The notes beneath the pieces are model-generated. The model ran no database searches. It had not been told where the DNA came from and saw only the letters and a program-made list of their open reading frames with translations. From the NCBI RefSeq assembly GCF_001194135.2, contig NC_068989.1, forward strand, positions 11,426,320 through 11,490,319: 64,000 bases of DNA, given 5' to 3'. Source of the DNA: Octopus bimaculoides (taxonomy: Eukaryota). The position numbers and the translations under genes are program-made. Below, in pieces: positions 48,918 through 60,705 of the stretch. How positions within the stretch are numbered: position 1 is the stretch's first letter; each line of letters starts with the position of its first letter.

Positions 48918-49453
48918 AGGTTGTGGCGTCGAGGCAGAGCTAAGTTACATTCATGAAGTAGAGGCTTCCATGCCGAGCCGGTTACTTGATACAGAGGTCT
49001 TCGCAGGGTGAGTTCTGTTAACCTTGGTGAAGATATTTCACAACAGAATGAGTGAACCTGTGCGGGCGCCGTTTGGTTGCTGTGTACGTAGAGAGAGACG
49101 TCGTGTTGACGTTGTCGACGAAGATGGAGTTTGCAGTAAGCTGTTGAACTGTTGGCTGGTACTGGCTCGTTGGTGCTCTGTGGTCCAACGACCAGACCTC
49201 AGAAGGTCTGAAGCCGCGGCAAACTGGCGTGGATGAAGCAGGCTATTTATAGGAAAAAATGGGCTCCAGAAGCACCAGAAAACACTCTCTCACGTGACCT
49301 TATCAGAAAGCCACGATTGGTTGGTATGCACCCTGGCGCGAAATAAAACTGGTGACAAATGCCGCGCAAATAACAGCCAGTCAAGGTGACGGACACAGAA
49401 GGGCCCAAGATGCGGCCGAAGGCTAGATGTTACCCGCTACGTCCGCATTTACA
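48914..49453 (-). mobile_element. Candidate solo LTR
   Basis: 540-bp GC-richer island bounded by TATAAG (TGTAAG with one change) and TTTACA. TATA box CTATAAATAG on the minus strand at 49243-49252. Inserted at a (TA)n run, so the TSD is ambiguous. Confidence 0.5.
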
Positions 49454-49519
49454 AATATACAATAGAGAGAGAGGCTTCGCTACAAGTTCTTCAGCATCAC
49501 AGATCCATACAGGGAAGAG

Positions 49520-50105
49520 ACGTCAATTACATTGACGTAAAAGAAAAGGATTTAATGTCAAACTCAGCAGTAGGCCCTGATGGTTTTCCAGCTTTCCTTT
49601 CAGAAGTATGCAAGAAAGCTCTCGCAAAACCTCTGCAGATACATTTCCAGAGTTTACTCGCAGGTGTAAAGCTTCCCAGAATGCTAAAAGACGGCATCAT
49701 ATACCCTATCCGCAAAGGAGGGAATAGAGCAGATGCTAAAAATGACAGGACTAATTCTGTGACCTCACATGTCAGTAAAATCATGGAACGCATTGTCAGA
49801 AGGAAAGTGAACACGTTCCTAGAAGAAAATGGGTTGCTCCCTGACACGCAGCACGGCTTCTGCTCAGTAAGGATCCGTCTAACAGAGCTACTACGGCACT
49901 ATGGTCGAGTACTCATACAACAACTCAGTCGTTCAAATGTGGATGTGATATATCTCGATTTAGCCAAGGCTTTCCACACAGTCAATTACAAAATGATGTC
50001 ACGAACTGCGTTGCCTTAACATCGGTGGTAAACCAAGGGAATGGTTGCAAGATGTTTTAAAGGATAAGAATCAGGTAGCTGCAACCAATGGCAGTCTTCT
50101 CTGAA
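49520..50105 (+). pseudogene. LINE (CR1/L2-like) reverse transcriptase fragment
   Basis: ORF 49555-50019 contains GPDG, IYPIRKGG, SKIMERIV, QHGF and IYLDLAKAF(D>H)TV. It continues after a frameshift as IGGKPREWLQDVLKDKNQ. Truncated and degenerate. Confidence 0.9.
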
Positions 50106-51144
50106 GAGATCAATTCCGGATATCATGGATGGATTGATTTGTGATAATACAGATCGGGATCAGCTGATCTGTGGTAAGACGGATCGGCGGTCAGTCGAAG
50201 ATTCTGCTTGTATCGCAACAATGCGCTTCAGTGACCGTCCACAATGCGCAGCTACCCAGAATGCACCGGTTATCGCTTGTGTATACCTGATCGTTTCTAA
50301 CAGAAAATTAACGCTTGAATCCGTCTTAACTACGAATTCTTGATATATTTTCAGTCCTATTTGAGTGACGGAAAGAATGCGAACCACCACAATTGAATGC
50401 TGGAGTTGGGGATCATGTAAATCCTTAGAATCAAATAGAAAAGTTTAAATCCTTGGCCAGTTTTAATACTTGCAAACAGAAAACTTATCAAAGTCACTGC
50501 AAATGTTGTCAACAGATGGACAGAGAATGGTTGAAATTACAAAACAAGTTTTGAAAGTTATGATACCCGACACCCTCTCTGCTGATATTCTGCCGATGGA
50601 TGACAGGGACACAATTTAGCCCCAGAACCTGTGTTATTACAAAAGCTAAAGGTTGTTAGAATGGAATTTGGGGAAGGTGTATTTCTGTCGACAGCACGGA
50701 AACGTTACAGACATGTGTATTTTGAGATCGGCGAATGCTTTGATCAAGTGAATCACAATATATATATACAAAGACTGGGACCATTTCTTCTAGAGGCAAT
50801 TAACAAAAGAAACACATCAGAAATTATTGTTATTAAGGAAAGGTACGCTAATGATGTTGACATTAGTTCTTTGATAGCTCAACTTCCAGCATTTGAAGTT
50901 CGTATGAGAAAAAAACCTCCGTTGTTTAGCTGACATTAGACCATTTGAATGGAAATAAATAATAAAATAAAAAAAACAGCCGATGGCAAGTACCTAACAT
51001 CAGATATTTGTACAATTTGCTAACTTTACCAGTAAATCCGTAACAACAGATGCGGCTGTACAAACATTTTCTCTAGCAAAACGATTCAATCAAAAATGAT
51101 ACAAGAGTGATTAAATTCTCTGGCTATACGTTCGTATCACAAAG

Positions 51145-51176
<32 letters not shown>

Positions 51177-51979
51177 AAATTTTATTTCTGTTGCTGCGGT
51201 ATTTGCTTATCGAAATGAAAGCAAGGGGAACACATTCCTGCAGTTACTGACTGGTTGGGTGATAAACTACACCGAATAATAAAGTTTTATAATTACGACT
51301 GTTTTCCCTTTATAGAACAGCGTCTTATCTTTGATATTTTACTCTACATACGTTACGACACGTTAGAAATTTTAATTAACATCTTTTAGAACTCCTATTC
51401 GTGAAATAATATCGGTTATAATCGCAGAGAAATCGTACTCTTTCGCGCTTGTTGTTATGATTGATATCCGTTTTTAACATTAATTTACATTCAAACATGT
51501 GAATGCATAACAATGTTGTCAGCAAACGTTATGAACATCTTCCCCTCATGCTAATTAATTAACAAGGAAATACCAATTCTCATTACCCATCGCCTAAAAA
51601 CAGCACCACGATGTCTGTACGTACGCACGTACGTACCTACCTACCTATCTACCAACCTACATGCATACACACACATACATACATACACACGTACATACAT
51701 GCATGCGTGCATACATACATACATGTAGTTCAATGCTCGAAATGAGGAGTAGATAGACAGCCGACAACTGATGAAGGGTCGTTCTTTATGTTACTTGTCC
51801 TGTTCTCACTTTTATAATATTCTCTAACCAAGTCATAATACACAATTACAAAATATGAATAAATGATAAATCAAAAAATGTGAAAACCACTAAAAAATAT
51901 TCTCTAATGCCATTATACGACCATATAGATTAAAAATGTATGGCACACCCTACATACAAAAATCTATGTACATACAACG

Positions 51980-52180
51980 AATTAGAGAAAAGCCCGTGTA
52001 AACCACCAATTTTCCAGGTTTGTCCATTTACGCGGGAACTCTGGGCAAAATGCTATAGTGCATGACCATCCTTGGGATATAAGTAATGTGTATGTAAAGT
52101 TTGGTGAAAATCGGTTGAGAATTGTGGAAATGTATGCGTTAGTCATTATACACACATACTGTGATTTATATATACTACAC
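51980..52180 (+). mobile_element. Non-autonomous Helitron/Helentron-like (HINE-type) fragment
   Basis: AAGTTTGGTGAAAATCGGTTGAG followed by a short CA-rich tract and TTTATATAT, an arrangement typical of these elements. Termini not verified. Confidence 0.4.
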
Positions 52181-52353
52181 ACACACACACATTCTCACGC
52201 ACGCATATATACACGCACACACACACACACACATATATACATACACACATATATGCACACATATACAACTAACTGAAAAAATCCCAAGAAAAAAACGACA
52301 AGATTAACAATAACTCACCGAAACTCACACAAAGCTAAATGCTGCTGCTGCTG

Positions 52354-52430
<77 letters not shown>

Positions 52431-52431
52431 G

Positions 52432-52483
<52 letters not shown>

Positions 52484-52983
52484 TAAAGGTGAAAGAATAT
52501 CTTTTCTCTTGTAGAAACCCTTTCCTCCTTTTATTTTTTTTTTATTTTCATTTTCAAGATGAAGTGAATGAAAAAAAAACGTAACCAAAATAAAACATAG
52601 CTTTTGCCATTAAAAGTAAAAAAAAAATGTGAAAAAAAACAACAACAACAACAACAACGGCAGAAGCCAAACGTGACTCTGTGACCACAGTTGGAATTAC
52701 GAGTGTGGTAAATTCACTTGGCAGATACCAAGTTCAAATATTCCAATCGTAATGTAACGCGAAATTGGTGATGCTGAAGAGCATTTAGTTAGAATAAAGC
52801 TTTTCCTGGAAATACACATTCATGCCAAACTTTCTACAAGAATGCAAACATTGCTTCTATGAAAAACAAATTTATTTAACAACAGAATGGAACTAATATT
52901 TTGCTATCGCGAATACACAGAGAATGTCTGTGTGTATATATATATATATGTGCGTGAGTGTGCGAGAGAGAGAGTGAGTGTGT

Positions 52984-53056
<73 letters not shown>

Positions 53057-53124
53057 TGTGTGTGTGTGTGTGTCTACGTGTGTATGCGTGTACGTGTGAG
53101 TGTGTGCGTGTTTGTATGTGTATG

Positions 53125-53403
53125 TGTGTGTGTGCGTGCGTGTGGCATATCTTGTTATAATGTGTGTCTTTACGTGCAGAAAAATGTATGAACGGTAATA
53201 CTTGTCCGTGTGTATGTGTGTGTATGTGTGTATGTGTGTATGTGTGTGTGTGTGTGAGAGAGAGATAGAGACAGAGACAGAGATAGAGTATGTGTGTGTG
53301 TGTGTGTGTATGTATGTGTGTGTGTGTGGCTTGTGTTATACATGTCTGTCTATGTGTGCAGAGGAATGTATGAACGGTAATGTGTGTATGCACGTATGTG
53401 TGT

Positions 53404-53440
<37 letters not shown>

Positions 53441-53560
53441 TGTGTGTGTGTGTGTGTAAGAGAATGTGTGTGTATGCATGTGTGTGTGTGTGTGTGCGTA
53501 TTGTGGCATGTCGTAATACACGGGTGTGTATGTACGTGTAAAGGAATGCATCAATTGGTT
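53125..53560. repeat. Compound minisatellite: three diverged ~60-bp cores separated by (TG)n/(AG)n
   Basis: GTGGC.T.T..T.ATA..TG..TGT.T..G.G.A.A.(G/A)AATG.AT.AAC.GTAAT near 53142, 53326 and 53502. Confidence 0.7.
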
Positions 53561-54351
53561 ATGTCTCTGTGTATGTTTATGCGCTTGTCTGTACGTAGTA
53601 TATGTATGTGTTTAAGTACAAATTCATGTGTATGTATCTCTGCACCCAACCGCATACATACCCTCACACATACACACGCATACGCTTATACAAACATACA
53701 TACACAGACAAGTACATACACACACACGCCTGCATATATATATATATATATATATANNNNNNNNNNNNNNNNNNNNNNNNNNNNNNNNNNNNNNNNNNNN
53801 NNNNNNNNNNNNNNNNNNNNNNNNNNNNNNNNNNNNNNNNNNNNNNNNNNNNNNNNNNNNNNNNNNNNNNNNNNNNNNNNNNNNNNNNNNNNNNNNNNNN
53901 NNNNNNNNNNNNNNNNNNNNNNNNNNNNNNNNNNNNNNNNNNNNNNNNNNNNNNNNNNNNNNNNNNNNNNNNNNNNNNNNNNNNNNNNNNNNNNNNNNNN
54001 NNNNNNNNNNNNNNNNNNNNNNNNNNNNNNNNNNNNNNNNNNNNNNNNNNNNNNNNNNNNNNNNNNNNNNNNNNNNNNNNNNNNNNNNNNNNNNNNNNNN
54101 NNNNNNNNNNNNNNNNNNNNNNNNNNNNNNNNNNNNNNNNNNNNNNNNNNNNNNNNNNNNNNNNNNNNNNNATATATATATATATGAGCGTCCAATAACA
54201 CTGTACTTATTCCACGTCCTCGCGTTGTTTTTTCGTGTTGTTTTTTCGTGTTTTTTCTTGTTTGTTCATGTTCAAATTGACTATATTTATATATACATAC
54301 ATTTGCATGCATACACATATACATCTATATATAAATATATATGTATGTATG

Positions 54352-54385
<34 letters not shown>

Positions 54386-54699
54386 TGTATGTATGTATGT
54401 ACGTATGTATGTATGTGTTGGCCTTTATTCCACACTTTCTGTAAACGAAAACGGATTTTAATGCTTGGCGATAGAATTGCAAACTGTTTCCACTGAATAT
54501 TGTATTTTATGTTGAGTTTTCTTAAACGATTTGGAAACGTAGAAGTTGAGAAGAAGAATTAGAGGAGGTGGGAGAAGGAATAAGGAGAAGGAGGGGGAGG
54601 GATATGAAAAAGGTGAGTGGAGGAATAGGAAGAGGTGAGGAAGAATTAAACCGCTTTGCTTTTGCAATTTTCATTGCAAATATAGATACTTAGCTAAAG

Positions 54700-55990
54700 G
54701 CACTGAACTGGGAGGAACGATAGCACGCAGATTATTAGCGGTATTTCGTCTGTCTTTACAATCTGGGTTCAAATTCCGCCGAGGTCGACTTTGCTTTTCA
54801 TCTTTTCGGGGTCCTTAAATTAAGTACCAGTTACGTACTAGGGTCAATCTAATCGACTAGCCCCCTTCTCCAAAATTTCGGGCCTTCTACCTAGAGTAGA
54901 AAAGAATCGTTAGCACACCGGGCGAAATGCTTAGCGGTATTTCGTCTGTCTTTACGTTCTGGGTTCAAATTCCGCCGAGGTCGACTTTGCTTTTCATCTT
55001 TTNNNNNNNNNNNNNNNNNNNNNNNNNNNNNNNNNNNNNNNNNNNNNNNNNNNNNNNNNNNNNNNNNNNNNNNNNNNNNNNNNNNNNNNNNNNNNNNNNN
55101 NNNNNNNNNNNNNNNNNNNNNNNNNNNNNNNNNNNNNNNNNNNNNNNNNNNNNNNNNNNNNNNNNNNNNNNNNNNNNNNNNNNNNNNNNNNNNNNNNNNN
55201 NNNNNNNNNNNNNNNNNNNNNNNNNNNNNNNNNNNNNNNNNNNNNNNNNNNNNNNNNNNNNNNNNNNNNNNNNNNNNNNNNNNNNNNNNNNNNNNNNNNN
55301 NNNNNNNNNNNNNNNNNNATCTGGGTTCAAATTCCGCCGAGGTCGACTTTGCTTTTCATCTTTTCGGGGTCCTTAAATTAAGTACCAGTTACGTACTAGG
55401 GTCAATCTAATCGACTAGCCCCCTTCTCCAAAATTTCGGGCCTTCTACCTAGAGTAGAAAAGAATCGTTAGCACACCGGGCGAAATGCTTAGCGGTATTT
55501 CGTCTGTCTTTACGTTCTGGGTTCAAATTCCGGCGAGGTCGTCTTTGCCTTTCATTCTTTCGGGGTCGTTACGCACTGGGCTTGATGTAATCGACTTAAT
55601 CCCTTTGTCTGTCCTTGTTTGTCCCCTCTATGTTTAGCTCCCTGTGGGCAATAAAGAAATAAATATAGATATTTAGCCAAAGGCAGTGTGCTGGTATAAT
55701 CGCTTGCGCTCCGAGCAACATGCTTAGCAGCATTTCGTCCGCCTTTACGTACTGAGTTCAAATACGGCCGACACCGACTTTGCTTTTATCCGTTTCAGGG
55801 TCAATAAATTAAGTACCAGTTGCGTACTGAGTCGATCTAATCGACTGCCCCACCCAAATTTCGGGCCTTGTGCCTAGAATAGAAAAGAATAAATTATGTA
55901 CCAGCTGAACGTTGGGAGTCGATGTAATAAGTATTAGGCTTACAAAGAATAAGTCCTGGGGTCGATTTGTTCGACTAAAGGCGGTGCTCC
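54700..55990 (+). mobile_element. Tandem array of SINE family B units (196-bp period) plus further B copies and a family A right-arm fragment
   Basis: CTGGGTTCAAATTCCG at 54763, 54959, 55321 and 55517; an internal gap interrupts the array. Confidence 0.85.
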
Positions 55991-56442
55991 AACTCTACCA
56001 CTAGTTCATCCTTCTCATTATCTAATCTCCCTCTGTTTATAATATTTTCTTCTTTTTTCATCTCTTTCAGTGCAGCTACTGCTTTCCCTTTCAAAATTTC
56101 TTTAGTGTGCCAGAAAGAGAAAACCCGACTGAAAGAAAATAAATAAAATAATAAAAAAGACATAAAAGATATAACAAAAATAAAGAGACTATAAAAAGAA
56201 AGCAGAAAAAAAGGTGTTTGATTGGCCTTTAACAGTATTGATTGAAAGGTTTCCAAACAAATATTAATTATAGAAAAACGAACATCAGCGTTTTTAAGAA
56301 GACATCAGCAACCGACAAAACCGAAATAGCAACAATAACGAATACAGTTGAACAGTATGCATAACAACAACAGCAATGATAAGAATAACAAGAACAAAGA
56401 CAACATTAACAACAATAGCAACAGCGATAAGAAAGTAACACG

Positions 56443-56890
56443 AGGAGCTGGCGTGGCCTGAGGTGAGAAACTTGCTTCCCAACCACATGACTCCGGGTTC
56501 AGTCCCGCTGTGTGACACCTTAAGCAAGTGTCTCCTACTATAGCCTCGGGCCGACCAAAACCCTGTGAGAGGATCTGGTAGGCGGAAACTGAAAGAAGCC
56601 CGTCGTATATATNNNNNNNNNNNNNNNNNNNNNNNNNNNNNNNNNNNNNNNNNNNNNNNNNNNNNNTATATGTATATATATATATATATACGTGAGTGTG
56701 TCTTTGCATATGTTTTGTCATACACCACCGCTTGACAACCGGTGTTGGTGAGTTTATGTCTTCGTAACGTAGCGGTTCGGCGGCAAAAGCTAACGATAGA
56801 ATAAATATCAGACTTACAAAATTAAGAACTAGTGTTGATTCATTCGACTAAAAATTCTTCAAGGAATGGCCGCAGTCTAATGAGTGAAAT
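56443..56890 (+). mobile_element. SINE family A with a gap in its internal microsatellite
   Basis: Left and right arms flank N run 56613-56666. Confidence 0.85.
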
Positions 56891-57098
56891 AATGTGTGTG
56901 TGCGCACCCCCCTCATCACTTGATAACCGGTGTGTTTTCGCTCTCCTAAGAACAAGAAGCCGGACGAAATACTGCTGAACCTTTTTGTCCGGCGCGTTAA
57001 CGGCGCTGCCAGTCTGCCATTAAGTGGCAATAACGTCTATAATAACATTATCATTACATAACAATGAAGGCAGCAAAGAGAACAGCGACAAGAACAAT

Positions 57099-57132
<34 letters not shown>

Positions 57133-57271
57133 CGAACAGTGAGAAAAGCAAGCTATAAAAGATTCAATATTTAAAATATTCCAATAACATTTTGTACAAT
57201 GTTTCTCTTTAAACTTAGATATTCGCTCGTTTTTCTTCTCTTCTGCACTTGTTTGCTGTGAACAACAACAC

Positions 57272-57322
<51 letters not shown>

Positions 57323-57522
57323 ATGCTACTACTGCTGCTGCTGCTGGTGCTGCTACTGCTGCTGCTGCTGCTGCTAGAAACTATTGAAGCTTGCTACAAG
57401 CTCGCTACGTTGCGCGCACGCGCGCGCGTATTTGCATGCGTAGATGCGTGTGTATATCTGTGCGTGTGTGTGCCTGTGAGCGTATGTGTGTGTATGTGGG
57501 CGCACGTGTGTGTGAATCTATG

Positions 57523-57566
<44 letters not shown>

Positions 57567-58261
57567 AGTGTGTACGACTATACATGTGTGTGAGATTAAG
57601 AATAAATGAATTTGTATGCATGTAATAGTATGTGCCATGGGAGTGTGTGTGAGAATGTGTATGTGAGCGTGTGTGTGCATACACACACGCATTTGTGTGT
57701 GTGTGTGCGCGTCTTTAAATGTCATACCGTTAGACTCTGCAAAGACCTATTTTCTTTGTGTCTGTAAAACTTTTTAAAACTCCACTGAAAGATACGTTTA
57801 TGTCAGCAAATCTCTATTGAAGATTCCACTGCGATTGTTCCAGTTCTTCGGAATACTGTCTCGATTCCATCCACTCAGCATCGACCAAAAATCCTTCTCG
57901 CTCTACCCCCCACCACCTCATTCTCCCCCCCACTTCGCTATCGACCGCACCTCACCCCACCCCTCCTGCTCTCTCAATAATTCGCCAGCTTTGCCTTAGT
58001 TAAACTTTGATCGTTCGTGTTGCCAGGAAAAATAACGATGTATTCAAAAACGCACACATTACACACACACAAGGACCGACACACAATCAGACATTAACAC
58101 ACACACACACATACAGACTTACAGAAGGGATTAACACACGCACACACAAACACATACACACACACATACACGCAGGCCATCACACTCAGAAATACATGTA
58201 CAATCAGACACACCAATACAGGCTCGAGTGCATGTTGGGAAAGATTCGTATATACATACAT

Positions 58262-58888
58262 GGCGTAGGAGTGGCTGTGTGGTAAGTAGCTTGCTTACCA
58301 ACCACATGGTTCCGGGTTCAGTCCCACTGCGTGGCACCTTGGGCAAATGTCTTCTACTATAGCCTCGGGCCGACCAAAGCCTTGTGAGTGGATTTGGTAG
58401 ACGGAAACTGAAAGAAGCCCGTCGTATATATGTATATATATATATATNNNNNNNNNNNNNNNNNNNNNNNNNNNNNNNNNNNNNNNNNNNNNNNNNNNNN
58501 NNNNNNNNNNNNNNNNNNNNNNNNNNNNNNNNNNNNNNNNNNNNNNNNNNNNNNNNNNNNNNNNNNNNNNNNNNNNNNNNNNNNNNNNNNNNNNNNNNNN
58601 NNNNNNNNNNNNNNNNNNNNNNNNNNNNNNNNNNNNNNNNNNNNNNNNNNNNNNNNNNNNNNNNNNNNNNNNNNNNNNNNNNNNNNNNNNNNNNNNNNNN
58701 NNNNNNNNNNNNNNNNNNNNNNNNNNNNNNNNNNNNNNNNNNNNNNNNNNNNNNNNNNNNNNNNNNNNNNNNNNNNNNNNNNNNNNNNNNNNNNNNNNNN
58801 TTATTCTTTTGGATTTTTATTCTGGACTTTTTATTCTGAACTTTGCACTCTCCGGCTGCACCTCTCCTGCCTACGGATAACGCTGTAC

Positions 58889-58960
<72 letters not shown>

Positions 58961-59187
58961 ATGTGTGTGTGTGTGCGTGTGTGTATGTTTGTGTGTCTGT
59001 GTTTGTCCCCCCAACATCGCTTGACAACCGATGCTGGTGTGTTTACGTCCCCGTAAGCTAGCGGTTCGGCAAAAGAAACCGATAGAATAAGTACTAAGCT
59101 TGCAGAGATTAAGTCCTGGGGTCGATTTGCTCGACTAAAGGTGGTGCTCCAGCATGGCCACAGCCTAATGACTGAAACAAGTAAAAG
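58262..59187 (+). mobile_element. SINE family A with expanded or interrupted middle
   Basis: Near-consensus left arm 58262-58430 and right arm 58985-59187, separated by (TA)n, a gap, unrelated sequence and (TATC)n. Confidence 0.9.
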
Positions 59188-59424
59188 GTGGAAAAAAAAA
59201 AGAAAAGTAACCGAAAAATATAACCGTGGGGCTTTTGTCCACTTTCACACTTCAACTATGGAGCTTTTGTCCGAGGGGGCTTTTGTCCTACACACACACA
59301 CACACACACACACGTGTGTTTAGTTCATGTGTAAATTCGAATAAGAAAGCCTTATTTCTGGGTTAGAAACCGGCTCTTTCTCTATAGTGATGAAAAATTA
59401 GAAAAATAAAGTTAGAAGAGCATA

Positions 59425-59457
<33 letters not shown>

Positions 59458-60093
59458 GCGCGCATACACACGTTCACGCATATATATACAAATATACATA
59501 TACGGATACATACATACATGCATACATACACACACACACACACACACACACAGCTACACACATACAAACACAGATACACACACGCGCGCACACACGTATT
59601 CACAGAGAGGATATCGACAGTTATATAATTCCAAAGGATTTCTTCACCGTTTTCAAAAGCAAACAAAATAATTTTGTATGAAAAGATTTCCGCTGAAGTC
59701 GGTTTATCCTCTCCCAATCAATAAATTAATGCATGTCTCTTACTGATCTAATCACAAACCGTTTCTTTGTTTTCTATTGACAAATTCCAAAATGGCTTCC
59801 ACAGGTCAACGCTGTCTTTCGATTTCATTGTATTTTATTCAGTTCACCCGTTACAACACACAGCCAGCAACATGCGCTGTCAGCTACTGCCGCTGCTGCT
59901 GCTGCTGCCGTTTCTTCTTCTTCTTCTTCTTCTTCTTCTTCTTCTTCTTCTTCTTCTTCTTCTTCTTCTTCTTCTTCTTCTTCTTCTTCTTCTTCTTCTT
60001 CCACCTCGTCGTCTTCGTTGTCATCATCGTTGTCATTAAGGACGCAGTCGTCATCATCTTTGTCATCGTCGTCATCATCATCATCATCATCAT

Positions 60094-60154
<61 letters not shown>

Positions 60155-60219
60155 GTCGTCGTCGTCGTAGTCGTCGTCACTCAACCTGCTAGTTCTCCCT
60201 GAAATCACAGCCCTACTAT

Positions 60220-60418
60220 ATCCTTTACTACTCTAGGCACGAGGCCCGAAATTCTTGGAGAGGGGGAGGCAGTCGATTATATCGACAACCAGTACACAAC
60301 TGGTACTTAATTTATCGACCTCGACAGGATGAAAGGCAAATTCTACCTCGGCACAATTTGAACTCAGAACGTAAAGGCAGACGAAATACCGCCAAGCATT
60401 TCGCCCGGCGTGCTAACA
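60220..60418 (-). mobile_element. SINE family B
   Basis: GTCGATTATATCGAC..TGGTACTTAATTTATCGACC..GGATGAAAGGCAAA..TTTGAACTCAGAACGTAA. Confidence 0.9.
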
Positions 60419-60594
60419 CTCCTACTACATCAATAAAAGAAGGCTACATTGTATAATATAACTTTAGGTAAAAAAATAAAAAATAGAACGCGGAGCGGTC
60501 ATATCTGGAGCGCCTTTGATTATAGGTTTCCTTGTGTCACTTTACTGTTCGTTGTGTTTGGCGAATTTTGGCGAAAGTAACGGCGAAACACGAA

Positions 60595-60705
60595 GCAATC
60601 CAGCGAAGCTACACAAAGAAGATCATCTCAATACAGCGTGTTAGCTACTGGAAAAGGCTGGAAAAAGTTAAGACTCTACTCTCTAGAACAAAGGCGGGAA
60701 AGATA
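60595..60705 (+). pseudogene. CR1-like LINE ORF2 C-terminal fragment running into a gap
   Basis: IQRSYTKKIISIQRVSYWKRLEK, then a frameshift to KLRLYSLEQRRER, matching the CR1-type SYWERL..L.LYSLE.RRER end. Confidence 0.75.

Noticed and set aside
54700-55600. CRISPR-like array
   Set aside because: Units are whole SINE copies without unique spacers, in eukaryotic DNA with no cas genes.
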